DNA of 64,000 nucleotides, taken from assembly GCF_016433145.1 (NCBI RefSeq), contig NC_058130.1, forward strand, positions 361,978,951 through 362,042,950, in the 5' to 3' direction. Positions 27,695 to 39,726 of this stretch are shown here, in pieces. Origin of the DNA: Gracilinanus agilis. Taxonomy: Eukaryota. Each line of letters starts with the position of its first letter. Position 1 is the first letter of the stretch. The notes beneath the pieces were generated by a model. The model saw only the letters and a list, made by a program, of their open reading frames with translations, had not been told where the DNA came from and did not search any database. The translations under genes were made by a program, and so were the position numbers.

Positions 27695-27810
27695 GTAAAG
27701 TCAACATTCGAATCTATTTCCTTAGCTACACATTTAGCTAGGCCAGATTTTGTGTGAGTTCTTTTATGAGTAAGATGAAATAGAATCATTTCTTTCCACT
27801 TCTCTTTCAG

Positions 27811-28268
27811 CATTGACCAATAGTGTCGCTACAGTCTGCAACTCTACAGACGTGAATTGCCTCGATGACAACTTTCCTCCACTGGGCAATTTGCCTCGGG
27901 GACAAGTAAATCATGTGCCTGTTGTAACAGAAGAGTTACTTAACCTGCCTAGCAATGGTGAAAGTGATTGTTTTAATTTATTTGAGACTGGATTTTATCA
28001 CTCAGAGCTAAACCCCATGAACATCTGTGGCGAAGAGTCCGAAAGACCAGCAAAGAGATTAAAAATGGGCATTGCGGTCCCTGAAGCTTTTATAAATGAT
28101 GTTTCTGTAAATAATCTGGGTGTGGACTTTGAAAATCACACGCATCATATCACCAGTGCCAAAATGGCCGTCTCAGTGGCTGACTTCAGCAGTCTATCTG
28201 CAAACGAGACAAATGGTTTCATCAACTCCCACACTCTCCATCAACACACTGCCCTCCACTCAGAGTGA
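27811..28268 (+). CDS. MIER3: MIER3 terminal coding exon 13 ([10 protein letters not shown]...HQHTALHSE*), with NLS-like RPAKRLK at 28044-28064
   Basis: tctctttcAG acceptor; TGA at 28266-28268. Exons 2-13 total 1644 nt = 547 aa + stop, which with MAE gives 550 aa. Confidence 0.97.
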
Positions 28269-30260
28269 TCCCAATGGCAAACTCCAAAAACAGTGGGTCT
28301 GCAGTACCAGTAAACTTGATGGAAGCTATCAGGTTTGCTTAGTCTTTCACTGGAAGTTTGAACCTTTTTCACTATGACATCAGTGATGTCTTTGTATGTA
28401 TAGAACTATATCTTGATTTATCAAGAGTAATTTCATTTTTCAATCCATAAATGTGGAAATGAACTATGATGTTCAGCAGAGTTTGGGACTAAGATTGAAC
28501 TCTGTGGCGCAGCTTTAAGCTCTGCTTTTCTCTCTCCTTTTTTTTTCTACCCCTTTTCGTGTTTCGTTTTGTTTTGTGTTTTCTTTTAAAGCCTGTAGAC
28601 AGGGGCCACCATCTTAAAACCAGCACCGAAGTTCTGAGCTGAATGGGGTGGCTTCTTTTAGAGTCAATTCCTTTTGCCGTAATGGATGCAGTGGAATAAC
28701 AATGTTTACAGGTACCAATCCTGATCCCTGCGCAATGTAGCATTTTTTGGTTTTGTTGTTTTATTTCTTAAATAAAAGCAGGGGCAGGTTTCTTTAATTT
28801 AAACTGCACAAACATGCAAGGATGTTTTTTAAATGGAAACTTCTCTCATGTGATCCTAAACTAGAGCACTTCGGTTTACAAAACAGCAAGTCCATCTTTT
28901 CAGAAGCCAGCACAAGGGGCTGTGTGTGCGACATGTGAAGACCCCTGCTCGGATGAGACTGTGAAGTTCTAGGCCCTGGCTATACCTACCTTACACATAA
29001 GAAGTCATTTTACTGCCAGGAGGTTCTGTGTACTTAACTTACAGGCTAAAATTTGAAGCTTCATGATAATTTGTTAGATGGTGTTTTGTCCACAATTTCC
29101 AAAATTGTAATATGACAGATTACACAGGTTATTTTGTGTTACTTAAATTCTCCTAAGGCAGTTGCCATACAGAGGCATAGTCTGCAGAGCCTAGGAGGGT
29201 ACTCGGACATGGTTTACATTTGGGGACACCTCGTGAATTGTTGGAAGTGCTGCAGTTCTAAGTGTTGCGTTTAGGAGGGACCGTCTAGATTTTACACATT
29301 ATGCAGTAGAACCTTGAAGTATACTTGAGCTCTTTGGGAGCTTAAGTTACCCCTGGAAAATGAAACGAGAGTCACTCACTCAAATCTGGTACTTTGCCAC
29401 TTTAATGTTTGGAAAATGATAGATGTCCAAATGTATCTTAGAGTCAATTTTACCTTCACTTTATTCCAAATGCATTGTAAATGAAAAGTTATCTTCAGAA
29501 ACTTTGTGTTTGGTGATTTTGCTTTGCTTTTTCTACCTGCATACCCAAGAGATGACTGACCGGGCAGATTAGATTAGAACAGTGTGTGGTACGCTTTTTG
29601 TACAGAACACAGCTTTCACACATTAGACAAAAAGATTTCTTTAGTTGAAAATGCAATAGTAGGATTCCTTCACTTTTTTTTCTTTGCACTGTCTTAATAA
29701 CATTTTGATTGCCACTAGTTGTGTTGCTTAGAGAAACCTTAAAAGTGTGGCTGCATTCGTGATATTTGTAAGTATAGGGCGCTTCAAGGTTGTGCTGAGT
29801 GAGTAGGATTTAGTGACCTTATACAGTAGTGTGGCAAAGGGAGGGTATTTATTATACAAACTGTGAACTGCATTGACATCCTGAATTTTGGATGAAGCAC
29901 AGTCCTGTTTTTCTTTACAGCTTTTGAAATGAAGTTTGCTTTGTGAAGTGCTCCCGCATAGCACATTTACCATAAACATTAGTTTAGCACAGTGGACAAA
30001 AGTAGTTAAAAGGGTAACTTCTTTCCAAATCGGTTCACTTAGCATCCATCTGAATGAAATACATAACAATTCTTGTAAGTACACAGTAATGGCGGGTAGC
30101 CTGGGCCCTGTGTTGTACTCTGTGACATCGTTAGCCAAGTTGTCAGCTTCTTGTTGCTATGTTTTTGTGCTAAACTTCGTTCCTTGTTTCTTTCGTTAAG
30201 AATCAACACATTTTATGTGATTTAGTAAATACTGGCCATAATCTTCCATTGTTATGCATT

Positions 30261-30426
30261 NNNNNNNNNNNNNNNNNNNNNNNNNNNNNNNNNNNNNNNN
30301 NNNNNNNNNNNNNNNNNNNNNNNNNNNNNNNNNNNNNNNNNNNNNNNNNNNNNNNNNNNNNNNNNNNNNNNNNNNNNNNNNNNNNNNNNNNNNNNNNNNN
30401 NNNNNNNNNNNNNNNNNNNNNNNNNN
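30261..30426. other. Assembly gap (N run) inside the MIER3 3'UTR
   Basis: N run. Confidence 1.
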
Positions 30427-31878
30427 GGAGACGGTCTAGTTTCTTATCTAAAGTTTGGATTGTCAGCAAGTTGAATGGACACTTTAGTTATTTAATAAAG
30501 ATTTTTGACCAAAATCCAGAAAATGGTATGAGAGAAAAATGAATTCCGGCTAGTATAATAGATTTTTAAATGCCAATTCTGATTTTAGCCTCTTGCGGAG
30601 TGCTAGTAGCTAGCTGGTAACGTTTACTTTTAATTCCTTGTTAAAATGAGGCAATAATTTGCAAGATTTTGTATATACATGTAAATTCTGCATATCTTTT
30701 TAGATATCTAATTCAATATTTTCTGACTACTTCTGCCATGTATAGTACCATTTTTGTGCATGCCTGATGTGACATTCATAAATTGTACCACTATGACTTT
30801 ATCCATGTAAAATAGCTATTTATTGAATTTTCTTTTAAAAGCTGGACTTATCTATTTTTCTCTCAGTTTAAGCATCTTAATGGAGAATTTGTTACTGTTT
30901 ATTAAAAGAATTGCGTTTAAGAGTTAGCATGAAGAAAACTGAGCTGCAATCATATGAAGAAACTCTATTGCCTTTATTCTTACTTGTTAAAGCACAATTC
31001 TTATAACAAACTGTGATGAATTCTTTTTTTCCTTTGCCACATTTTTTTTTCATATGAACAAACCAAAAATCCATGATGAGCAATTGCAGTGTTGGTAGAT
31101 ATCTTTGTGTACAGGGAATCTGACAAGGACAGCTGATTCATTTAGAAGTGTAACTGGTGCTGTGACGATAGCAATACTTTTCTTTTGTTAGTCATATTTC
31201 ATCTTTTTCCGTGCTAGCTTTTTAAATGTTTAGTTTTCCTCTTGTCATGGTCAACTGCTGAATTTACTTGAAGGATGTACAATACTGTTTGCTGAAGAAT
31301 ACAGAAGTGTGTACAATTAGGTCAAAGAATTGTGCAATTGTTTCCTTTTCTTTTTTAATTTTTAAAATTGAGGGTCATAAATGTGTGAGAACTTCAGATC
31401 TAGTAGAGCATAGTGATACTATTTAATTTAACCAAAGTCTCTAGTAAATATTTCAACTTTGAATGTAAACTAATGAACAAGCCTGACCAACAAGGAGATT
31501 ATTTGCCCAGAGTTACAAGCACATTGTCTACAAATGGGAATTGAAAATAATTTATAAAAATATTGACATGGTTACTATGTTTTTTAAAAAGTTCCTAATT
31601 TTTCACTAAAAGGAGGAAACTCTTAGCAGTTATATTGTTAAAATATGGTAGGTATTAATATTCCTTTTAGACGACCAGTGATTCCAATTGTCCCAGTTTG
31701 AAATAAGTACCCTGTGAGTATGAGATAAATTAGTGACAATCAGAACAAGTTTTAGTATCAGATGTTCAAGAGGAAGTCGCTATTGTTGCATTGATTTTAA
31801 TATTTGTACATAAACACTGATTTTTTTGAGCATTATTTTGTATTTGTTGTACTTTAATACCTGGTGTACAGTTCCAGA

Positions 31879-31884
31879 AATAAA
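31879..31884 (+). terminator. MIER3 distal polyadenylation signal AATAAA
   Basis: Preceded by several TGTA (CFIm-type) motifs at 31805, 31839, 31848 and 31865; followed by a U/GU-rich tract (~31895-31925). Confidence 0.75.
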
Positions 31885-34182
31885 AGTCTGGAAATCTTTT
31901 TTCCCTTGGTTCGTCTGTGTATTTGCAGTGGGGGACTTGTTGATTAAAGGGGCCAGACATCCCAAATATGCCAGTATACCAAGTTAATGCTCTTGGAATT
32001 TTATATCAATCTCAGAAATGCTTATTTTCTTAGAATAAATGGGAGTTAGGGTAAATGTAGTCAATTTGGTTTCTTAAAATGTTTAGAGAGATTTTTTTTA
32101 AGTAGTGAGAAATAGGCTATGATTTCATTGGTGTGAGGAATTCCCACAGTGGGCTCTTCTTCCATGAAGAAGGGTAATTCCTCTATAATTTAGGATCTTA
32201 GAGAATTACCTTAGTCATAGAGATTAACTTGCTTGCCTATGGTCACATAGCCAGTCTGTGTTAGCGGCAGGACTCGAATCCAGATGTGATGGACTCCAAA
32301 GCCAGCCCTCAAACCAGAATGCCTACCTGCCACGACTTTAAATTTTTAAATAGTTTTAAAACACTTTTAAATCCTCTGAACAATTGTTTCAGTCTAAAAA
32401 CATAGTGTTCGTGCAGAATGACAGTAATTACAAACTTTTCAAGAAAACACATAGAATATTCAAAGTGAATAAGTAAGTGTTTACTTTTTCAAGAATATTT
32501 ACAGTTTTACTCAATTCATCAATTAAGTAAAACTAAATATTTTTGAAAATTTTCTCTTTTTTCTTTACTTTTTCTGGTTTGAGATGTAGGAACTAGAACC
32601 AGCTGAATGCCCCCTCCATCATCCCCATTCTCTCTAATCTTCAGTTTTTCCCTATTAACTGGCTCCTTCTCTATCACCTGCACACATCCTTCCTTCAAAA
32701 AGCCTCACTTGATCTGACCATCCCCAGCTATGGACCTCTATCTCACCTCCCCTTCTCTGCTAAACTTGAGAAAGTCTCCCCCCAATGCCTCTTATCTCCT
32801 CCCTCTATTCAGTCTTCTCAAACTGCGGTCGGCTTGCCCACCTTTTTCTTTCACCTGAAATTGCTCCCTCCAGACACCAGTTATCACATTCCCAAATCCA
32901 GTGACCTTTTCTCAGTCTTCGTTCTTCATCCATCTGTAGCCCCTTGACCATGCTGATCACTCCTCTCCTCCTGGGTATATTATGCCTAGATTTTCCTGAC
33001 ATTGGTCTCCCCCAGAGTCCTATTTGTCTGATTGTTCCTTTGGTGGCTCTTCATCCAGGTGTCCCCAAAGGGTCTATCCCAGGCCCTCTCTTCCCTTTAT
33101 GCTCTCCGTGGTCATCTCATCAGCTCCTGGGGGTCCTCAGAACACATTCACTTTGGTCTGTCTCGAACGGGATGCACCACAGGCATCCCAACCTCAGCAT
33201 GTCCAAAATGGAACTCATTTCCCCCTCAGATCCACCTCTCTCCAATGTGCCTTCACTCTCCATCCCAGGCGAAGAACCTTTCTATCCTCCTCTCCTCACC
33301 CCATACAGCTGCCAATCCCTATTAAGCAACAAAAGGGTGGTAGGCACAGCGATGCGCTCCCTAGGAGCTCCGAGTAATGGGGGACAAACAGCCGAGGAAG
33401 GAAATCAACAGAAGATGCTAGGACTAAGGAGAATTAGAACCTCATACAGGGATTTTATATGGAACTTGAAGTAAGGCTGGAGACTAGAGGAGAAGGGAGA
33501 AAATTGCAGGGAGGATCCCTGGAGTAAGGAGATGCAATTCTGGGGAAGGGAACAAGAAGGGAGAAACCTAAGGAGGTAATGGAGGACTTTGAGCCAGAGG
33601 ATTTTATACTTAATTACATTTAGAGCCACTGGAGTTCTTGTCAAGTCTTGTCATCTCTGCTTTTGCAACGTCTTCCTATGGATCCCCTTCCCTCTCTTTC
33701 TTTACCCCTTTATCCTTACCTTCTTGTGAGTTGATCGTAAGGCAGAAGAGCAATTGCCTAAGCCTTACTGCCCTTCTGACTTGGAACTGTATTTATTCTA
33801 AAAGACAAAAGGTAAGGGTATTTTTTTAAAATGACATATCTAGAATTGGAAGGGGCAATGGGGGTTAAGTGACTTGTCCAGGGTCCCACAGCTAGGTGTC
33901 TGAGACTAGATTTGAACCAGGATCTCCTGGCTCTCAATCCACCAAGCCATCCAGTTGCCACTGGCCCTGCTGTTCTCTTAACTCACAGCCACCAGCCTGA
34001 CAGAACCCTCATCACCTCACATCTTCTAGACTATTACAAGTCTTCAGGTTGCTTTCTCTGCCTCTAATCTCTTTTCCTTCCCAACCACCGTGTCACCCTC
34101 ATTATTCAGTAGATTCCAGGGGACTCCATATTGCTTCCAACATGAAATATAAGATATTCTCTTTGACATTGAAACCCTTTCA

Positions 34183-34580
34183 GAGGCAGCTGGTGGCCCA
34201 GTGGATAGAATGTTGGGCTCAGAGGCAGGAAGACCTGAGTTTAGATTTCCTCATTTGTAAAAATGGATATTGGGGGGAGATAGAAGGCTCAGTGGATGGA
34301 GAGCCAAGAGGTCCTGGGTTTAAATCTGGCCTCAGACACTTCTTGGCTGTGTGACCCTGGGCAAGTCACTTAACCCCCACTGCTTAGCCTTTACCACTCT
34401 TCTGCCTTGAAACCAATACATAGTAAGGAAGGTAAGGGTTTTTAGAAAAAAAAAATTTTTTAAATAGGGATCATAATAGCACCTACCTCCCAGGGTTATA
34501 GTGAAGATCAAAATAAAAATAATATTTACAAAGGACTTAGCACAGTGCCTTGGCACATAGTAAGTACTTAGTAAATGCTG
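34183..34580 (+). mobile_element. MIR/CORE-SINE with a SINE1-like element (~34272-34455) nested inside
   Basis: The MIR head and core (TTTCCTCATTTGTAAAAATG) are split from the MIR tail (ATAATAGCACCTACCTCCCAGGG...GCACATAGTAAG) by a complete SINE1 body. Confidence 0.75.
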
Positions 34581-34584
34581 CTAC

Positions 34585-34670
34585 CTTTCCTCCTTTCTCC
34601 TTCCTCTCTCCCTCACTCCCTCTCTTCCTTCCTTCCTTTCTTCCTTCCTTCCCTTCTTCCCTTCCTCCCA
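34585..34670. repeat. (CCTT/CT)n polypyrimidine tract
   Basis: Direct read. Confidence 0.85.
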
Positions 34671-35437
34671 CCTCAATTATTTGAGATAATTTCCCCGTCT
34701 TCCTTGCCCTCCCCAGTAAATGCTCCTCTTTCCTTGCTTTTCCATTCTTCTTTTAAAGACTATCAAGATAGAATAGAACCACTCTCAGTCTTTCTAAGTT
34801 GCTTTCCTGTATGACTTCTTCCAGCTATTCTTCTATCTTGGTTGTACCAACTCTGCTTTTTTAATAGTTGTCACCCATTCCTAGAATGCTTCCCCCTCCC
34901 TGCCACTGCCTCCTACCTTCCCTGGCCTCCTTCAAGACTCAACTCAAATCTTGCCTTCTCTAGGAAGTTTTCCTAGGCTCTTTCTCACCTCATAGCTAGT
35001 GCCTTCTCTCTGAAACTGTTTTGACTTACAGAGTATATATCTTCTATGTACATACACATTTGCCTCCTTTTTTTTTCTTATTAGAATGTGAGGTCTCTGG
35101 GGATAAGGACTATATTTTAGCTTTTCTTTGTATTAGCAGGACTTGAAACAATTCTCGAGACAGTAAAATCCTTGTTGAGTCAAAATCCAAAGCCCAACAT
35201 TCCCAAGTTCATATATCTGAGCTAGGACAGACCTTGAGATCATCTATTTCTACTCCCTCATTTTTCTGATGAGGAAAGTGATGCTGAGAAAATTTGTGAC
35301 TCGACTAAGGTCACACGGGCAAATCAGGATCAGGATTCCTAATCAGCACTATATTTGTCTCAATAACCTTACACATTAAACCTCATCTTTCATTTTTTTT
35401 GCCCATTCCCATACTTTCATAAATTATTCTTTTTAAA

Positions 35438-35597
35438 AAAAGTCCTTACCTTCTGTCTTCATATAATTTTAAGAAAAGCAGCAAAACCTAGGCAAAGGGG
35501 TTAAGTGACTTGCTCAGAGTCACACAGCTAGGAAGTGTCTGAGGCTAGATTTGAACCCAGGTCCTCCTGACTCTATCCAATGTGCTCCCTAGGTATC
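35438..35597 (-). mobile_element. Older SINE1/CORE-SINE copy
   Basis: GGGTTAAGTGACTTGCTCAGAGTCACACAGCTAGGAAGTGTCTGAGG is the reverse complement of the SINE core. Confidence 0.7.
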
Positions 35598-35617
35598 CCT
35601 CATCTAGTCTTATAGGC

Positions 35618-35646
35618 TGTTGTTGTTGTTGTTGTTGTTGTTGTTG
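35618..35646. repeat. (TGT)~9-10 microsatellite
   Basis: Direct read. Confidence 0.95.
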
Positions 35647-36569
35647 ACTTGGCTTGTCAGTCCTATCTAGCACTGATCCCTGGGGAACCCGATCGTATAG
35701 CTTTCTCAACTCAGAGAAGGACCTACCTTTTTATTTGTGACAAAAGTCTTCTGTATCCAATCTCATGGTAACTTAATTTTTAAAATAGCCTTTAGTGTAC
35801 AATTTTGCTAATGACTTTCTGCCTATCTAAATGGATTATTTTCCCGGATTCTCCTTTAACCCACAAAGTCCTCTGGGAAAAATAACAAATTAGTCAGGCA
35901 TGTTTTTCCCTCCTAGAAACAATGCTATCATTCCCTCCGTGGCTTAAATGTCAAGTGATCCTGCCCATTATTGATTCCACCAGTTTGCCTGGCAAGAGAG
36001 GGAAGATTCAATAGTGGATCCCCCACCGTCCCCTCTGGAACCCTTTTTTGTGAATGGAGGCTAACTACGGCAGCTGAGGAGAGAATGGCTAACAACAGCA
36101 GGTTGTGTGTTTTGGCAAAAGATTCACATCTTCATTCTTGTTCCTCGGCATTCTCCAAGGTGTATTTGCTTATTTGGTATATCAGCATCTCTTTTATTGA
36201 TCAGAGGTAGAACAAGCTGTATCTGGCATCATTTGAGCTAATATTTATTCACTGTAAAGGAGTTTGGAGATAATCTGGTCCAATTCCATCATTTTATAGA
36301 GAAACTGAGGTTCAAGGAGTTGGTGATTTGCTCATGACCATATAACTCATTAGCTAGAGAGTTAGAACTAAAGCCCAGGTCTCCTGACTCAGACCAGGAT
36401 TTTTCCCATTGGACAGACTATGTTATTTATACTTCAAGATATTTGATTAAAAGTTCAACACAGATATTGCCATCTCATTTCCTAATTTAATTCAACAAAT
36501 ATTTATTAAATGCTTATTAGCCTATTATGTATTAAACATTTTCTTAGGTCTTGAGGATATGAAGACCAA

Positions 36570-37030
36570 ATACATACACATATGTATATATATAATATGT
36601 ACTATATCATATATATCACACATGTGTTATACGTGCATAGAATATATTATGCCTATATATTTATACATGTGTATATTTTATGTGTATATCATTTATATAT
36701 GTACATATCATATAGATTCCATATATCATATATGTATGCTTTATATGCATATATTTTATGCACACAGCATGTATATTATAGGCATATATCATGTGTGTGT
36801 TCATACCATATAACATACCTATGTCACGTGCACATATTTTACACACATGTATTACATGTGTGTACATATTTTGTGTGTGATGTACATTTTGTATACATGT
36901 ATGTGTATGTTTGTGTATCATTTATATATTATACATCATGCATGTATATCTTTTATGTGTGTATATTATATATGTATATATCATATACTTTACATATGAT
37001 ATATATTTTTTATAAATTTCATTTTAAATA
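36570..37030. repeat. Degenerate (TA/CA/TG)n purine-pyrimidine alternating tract
   Basis: Directly visible; responsible for the spurious Y/I/M/C/H-rich ORFs. Confidence 0.9.
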
Positions 37031-37084
37031 TTATTTACTTTAAAGTAAGAATACATATTCTTACTTTAAAGGAGTTTACATTCT

Positions 37085-37286
37085 GGAGGCAGCTGGGTAG
37101 CTCAGTAGATTGAGAGCCAGGCCCAGAGATGGGAGGTCCTAGGTTCAAATCTGGCCTCAGACACTTCCCAGCTGTGTGATGCTGAGCAAGTTACTTAACC
37201 CTCCATGGCTTAGCCCTCACTGCTCTTTTGTCTTGGAACCAATACTTAGTATCAGTTCTAAGATAGAAGGTAACAGTTAAAAAAAA
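37085..37286 (+). mobile_element. SINE1_Mdo-like SINE inserted in an L2 3' end
   Basis: TSD AGTTTACATTCT at 37073-37084 and 37287-37298. Confidence 0.9.
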
Positions 37287-38415
37287 AGTTTACATTCTAC
37301 TTGGAGAATATAACATGTTAAAAGTAAATTGAAGAATTTAGAGATAAAGCACTCTATTTTAGTTTTTTTACTTTTTTCCCTCAATTACATAAAGAAACCA
37401 TTTTTACCATTTATTTTCTGACATTATGTGACCCAAATTCTCTCCCTGCTTGCCTCCTCTCTCCTCAAGATAGCAGGTAACCTGCTGTAGGTAATATATG
37501 TGCTGTCGTGCAGTGCGTATTTCCATATCCATCACGGTGTGAAAAAAGGCACATATTGCATGTTCAAGAAAAAACTCATGAAGGAAATAAAGTGAAAAAC
37601 AGTGTGCTTCAATGATCAAGCACTTTAAGGGAATCAAGAAATGTTATACATAAGAAGTGGTGTTTGAACCTAGCCTCGAAGGAAAATACACATTCCATGA
37701 AGTTACAATAATGAGGAAGCCTGGTATAAGCATCAAAGACAGACTGGCCAAAGGCCCAAAGACCACTGAAGATAATATCAGTTTAGGGAAATTCAAGCAG
37801 GACAATTTTGGTGGCATTTGAGAAAGCAAATGAAGGGGAGATTGGTGAAATAAAACTGATAAAAAGTAGACTGCAGCCAGATCTTTTGTAAAAAGGCCTT
37901 TAAAGTACTAACTGGGTTTTTTTTTTTTTTTGTATTTTACCCAAGAGGCAATGGAGAATTGCCAAAGGTTTAGGAGCAGAGGAGTGCCATGATTAGGTCC
38001 ATGCTTGAAAAGGATGATTTTGGTAGATAAATAGAGAATGAATTAGAGCAAATAGGAGTCAAAGATGAAGAGAAAAATTAGAAGGCTATTACAGTAGCCC
38101 GGGTGAATCATCAGGAAGAAACTAGGGTGGTGACAGTATGAGAGGAGAGAAAGGAGCAAATTGAAGTAGAAATGACAGTTGAAGGGAAGGGAATAAACAT
38201 TTATACAGAACCTATTATGTGCTGAGCCCTGGGCTAAGCAAACTCTTTACACTTGTCTCATTTGAGCTCCACTACAACCCTGCGAGGTAGGTGAAGGTGT
38301 TATCCCCATTTTACAGCTGGGAAACTGAGGCAGACAAAGATTAAGCAACACTTAAAGCTGTTAGAGTCCAGAGCCAATTATTTTGCGATTATGTGCCTCA
38401 TCAAGAAGACAGTAG

Positions 38416-38600
38416 GGGGCAGCTGGGTAGCTCAGTGGAGTGAGAGTCAGGCCTAGAGATAGGAGGTCCTAGGTTCAAACACAGCCTCAGCCACTTCCCA
38501 GCTGTGTGACCCTGGGCAAGTCACTTGACCCCCATTGCCCACCCTTACCACTCTTCCACCTATGAGACAATACACCGAAGTACAAGGGTTAAAAAAAAAA
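38416..38600 (+). mobile_element. SINE1_Mdo-like SINE, variant 3' end, apparently young
   Basis: Perfect TSD AAGAAGACAGTAG at 38403-38415 and 38601-38613; uninterrupted A tail. Confidence 0.92.
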
Positions 38601-39219
38601 AAGAAGACAGTAGACAAGCCAATATTATTCAGAGCTCTCAGGGAGACTGAGGAAAGGCAGGATTTCTGTGAAAAATTAGAGGAGATGACATAGGGGAAGC
38701 ATTATGTTGTTATTGTTTTAGTATTTATTTTCAGTTCCAAATGCTCTCCCTTCCTCCAACCCGTCCTCCTTCCATGGAGACATAAAGCATTCTGTAAACC
38801 TTCAAATGCTAATACTGTCATTTTCTGCCCCTTTAAAGCAAAGGCATCAAGACGTCAATAATCCAGGGCTTTGCAGTAACTCTTCTTGGCTTCTAGGCAG
38901 CAAGACAAGATGGCAAAGGCAATAGAGCACCAGGTCTGGAATTGGAAAGACCTGAAATCAAATCTAGCCTCAGATTCGTACTAGCTGGATGGCTCTGGGC
39001 AAATCACTTAACCTTGGTTTGCCTCAGTTCTTCCACTGTTAAATAGGGATAATAGCACCTCCTTCTTCCAGACCTGCTGCAAGGGTCAAATGGGACAATA
39101 TTTGCCAAGCACTTAGCATGGTGCTTGGCACAAAGTAGGTGTTTAATAGATAACAGTTTCCTTCTCCTAAGCTCCTTTGAGCCAAGTAAGAAGAAATTCT
39201 TTAAATTTCACATTCTGTG

Positions 39220-39477
39220 TGTATAATTAGAACTTGCTCCCCAGGACTCTAAATCCCAGCTTCCCATGTTCCTTCTCGCATTACGTGCTAATAGGGAGGA
39301 TATAAGTTTTGTGCAGCCCTGCCTCTCACTCTTTATTCCCCTGATCACGGCTGGGAAAGTGGGTTTTACTCAGGCTTTTACTTTTGTCCTTTTATTTCTT
39401 CTACTTCAAGTGATTATTAATAAATCTTATAAAATATAATACTTGGAGTTATTGGATATTAATTTAAATTTTACCCA
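39220..39477 (+). mobile_element. Short solo LTR (258 bp)
   Basis: TG...CA termini (TGTATAATT...TTTTACCCA); TGTG on both flanks (39216-39219, 39478-39481); TATA-like ATATAAG at ~39300 and AATAAA at 39419-39424. Confidence 0.6.
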
Positions 39478-39715
39478 TGTGACCCAATGGCAGCCATAGC
39501 AATCCCATTCCCAATCTCATCTTCCCCTAAAAGGGAAGACAAGATTTCTGATAAGACTGGAACATGTCAAAGCCACCAAAACGGTGAACAATGTCATTCC
39601 AGCACCAAATGAGGTCTGTCAAGTCTCTGCCTGGTAATGTTTAAACATTAGAATTTCATCATGGGGAAACCAAGTAAACAAAGAGACTGCGAAGGGATAT
39701 ATTCAGGAAGCTATT

Positions 39716-39726
39716 TTTAATTTAAT
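39716..39726 (-). terminator. Candidate SETD9 poly(A) signals (tandem ATTAAA on minus strand)
   Basis: TTTAAT at 39716-39721 and 39721-39726, about 250 nt past the stop. An AATAAA alternative lies at 39391-39396 (minus). Confidence 0.4.

Larger units (their letters stand above)
28269..31900 (+). other. MIER3: MIER3 long 3'UTR (~3.6 kb)
   Basis: AU-rich and nearly free of recognisable repeats from the stop codon to the AATAAA at 31879; repeat-rich DNA resumes after ~32100. The 3' end is inferred. Confidence 0.75.
32590..35170 (+). mobile_element. L2 RT and 3' fragments interleaved with SINEs
   Basis: GVPKGSIPGPLF in ORF 32944 (cf. RT GVPQGSVLGPLLF); L2 3' tail AGAATGTGAGGTCTCTGGGGATAAGGAC near 35085. 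Confidence 0.7.

Noticed and set aside
32944-33474. 176-aa ORF
   Set aside because: Decayed L2 RT remnant (GVPKGSIPGPLF), not a host gene.
36559-37043. Y/I/C/H-rich ORFs
   Set aside because: Translation of the TA/CA simple repeat.
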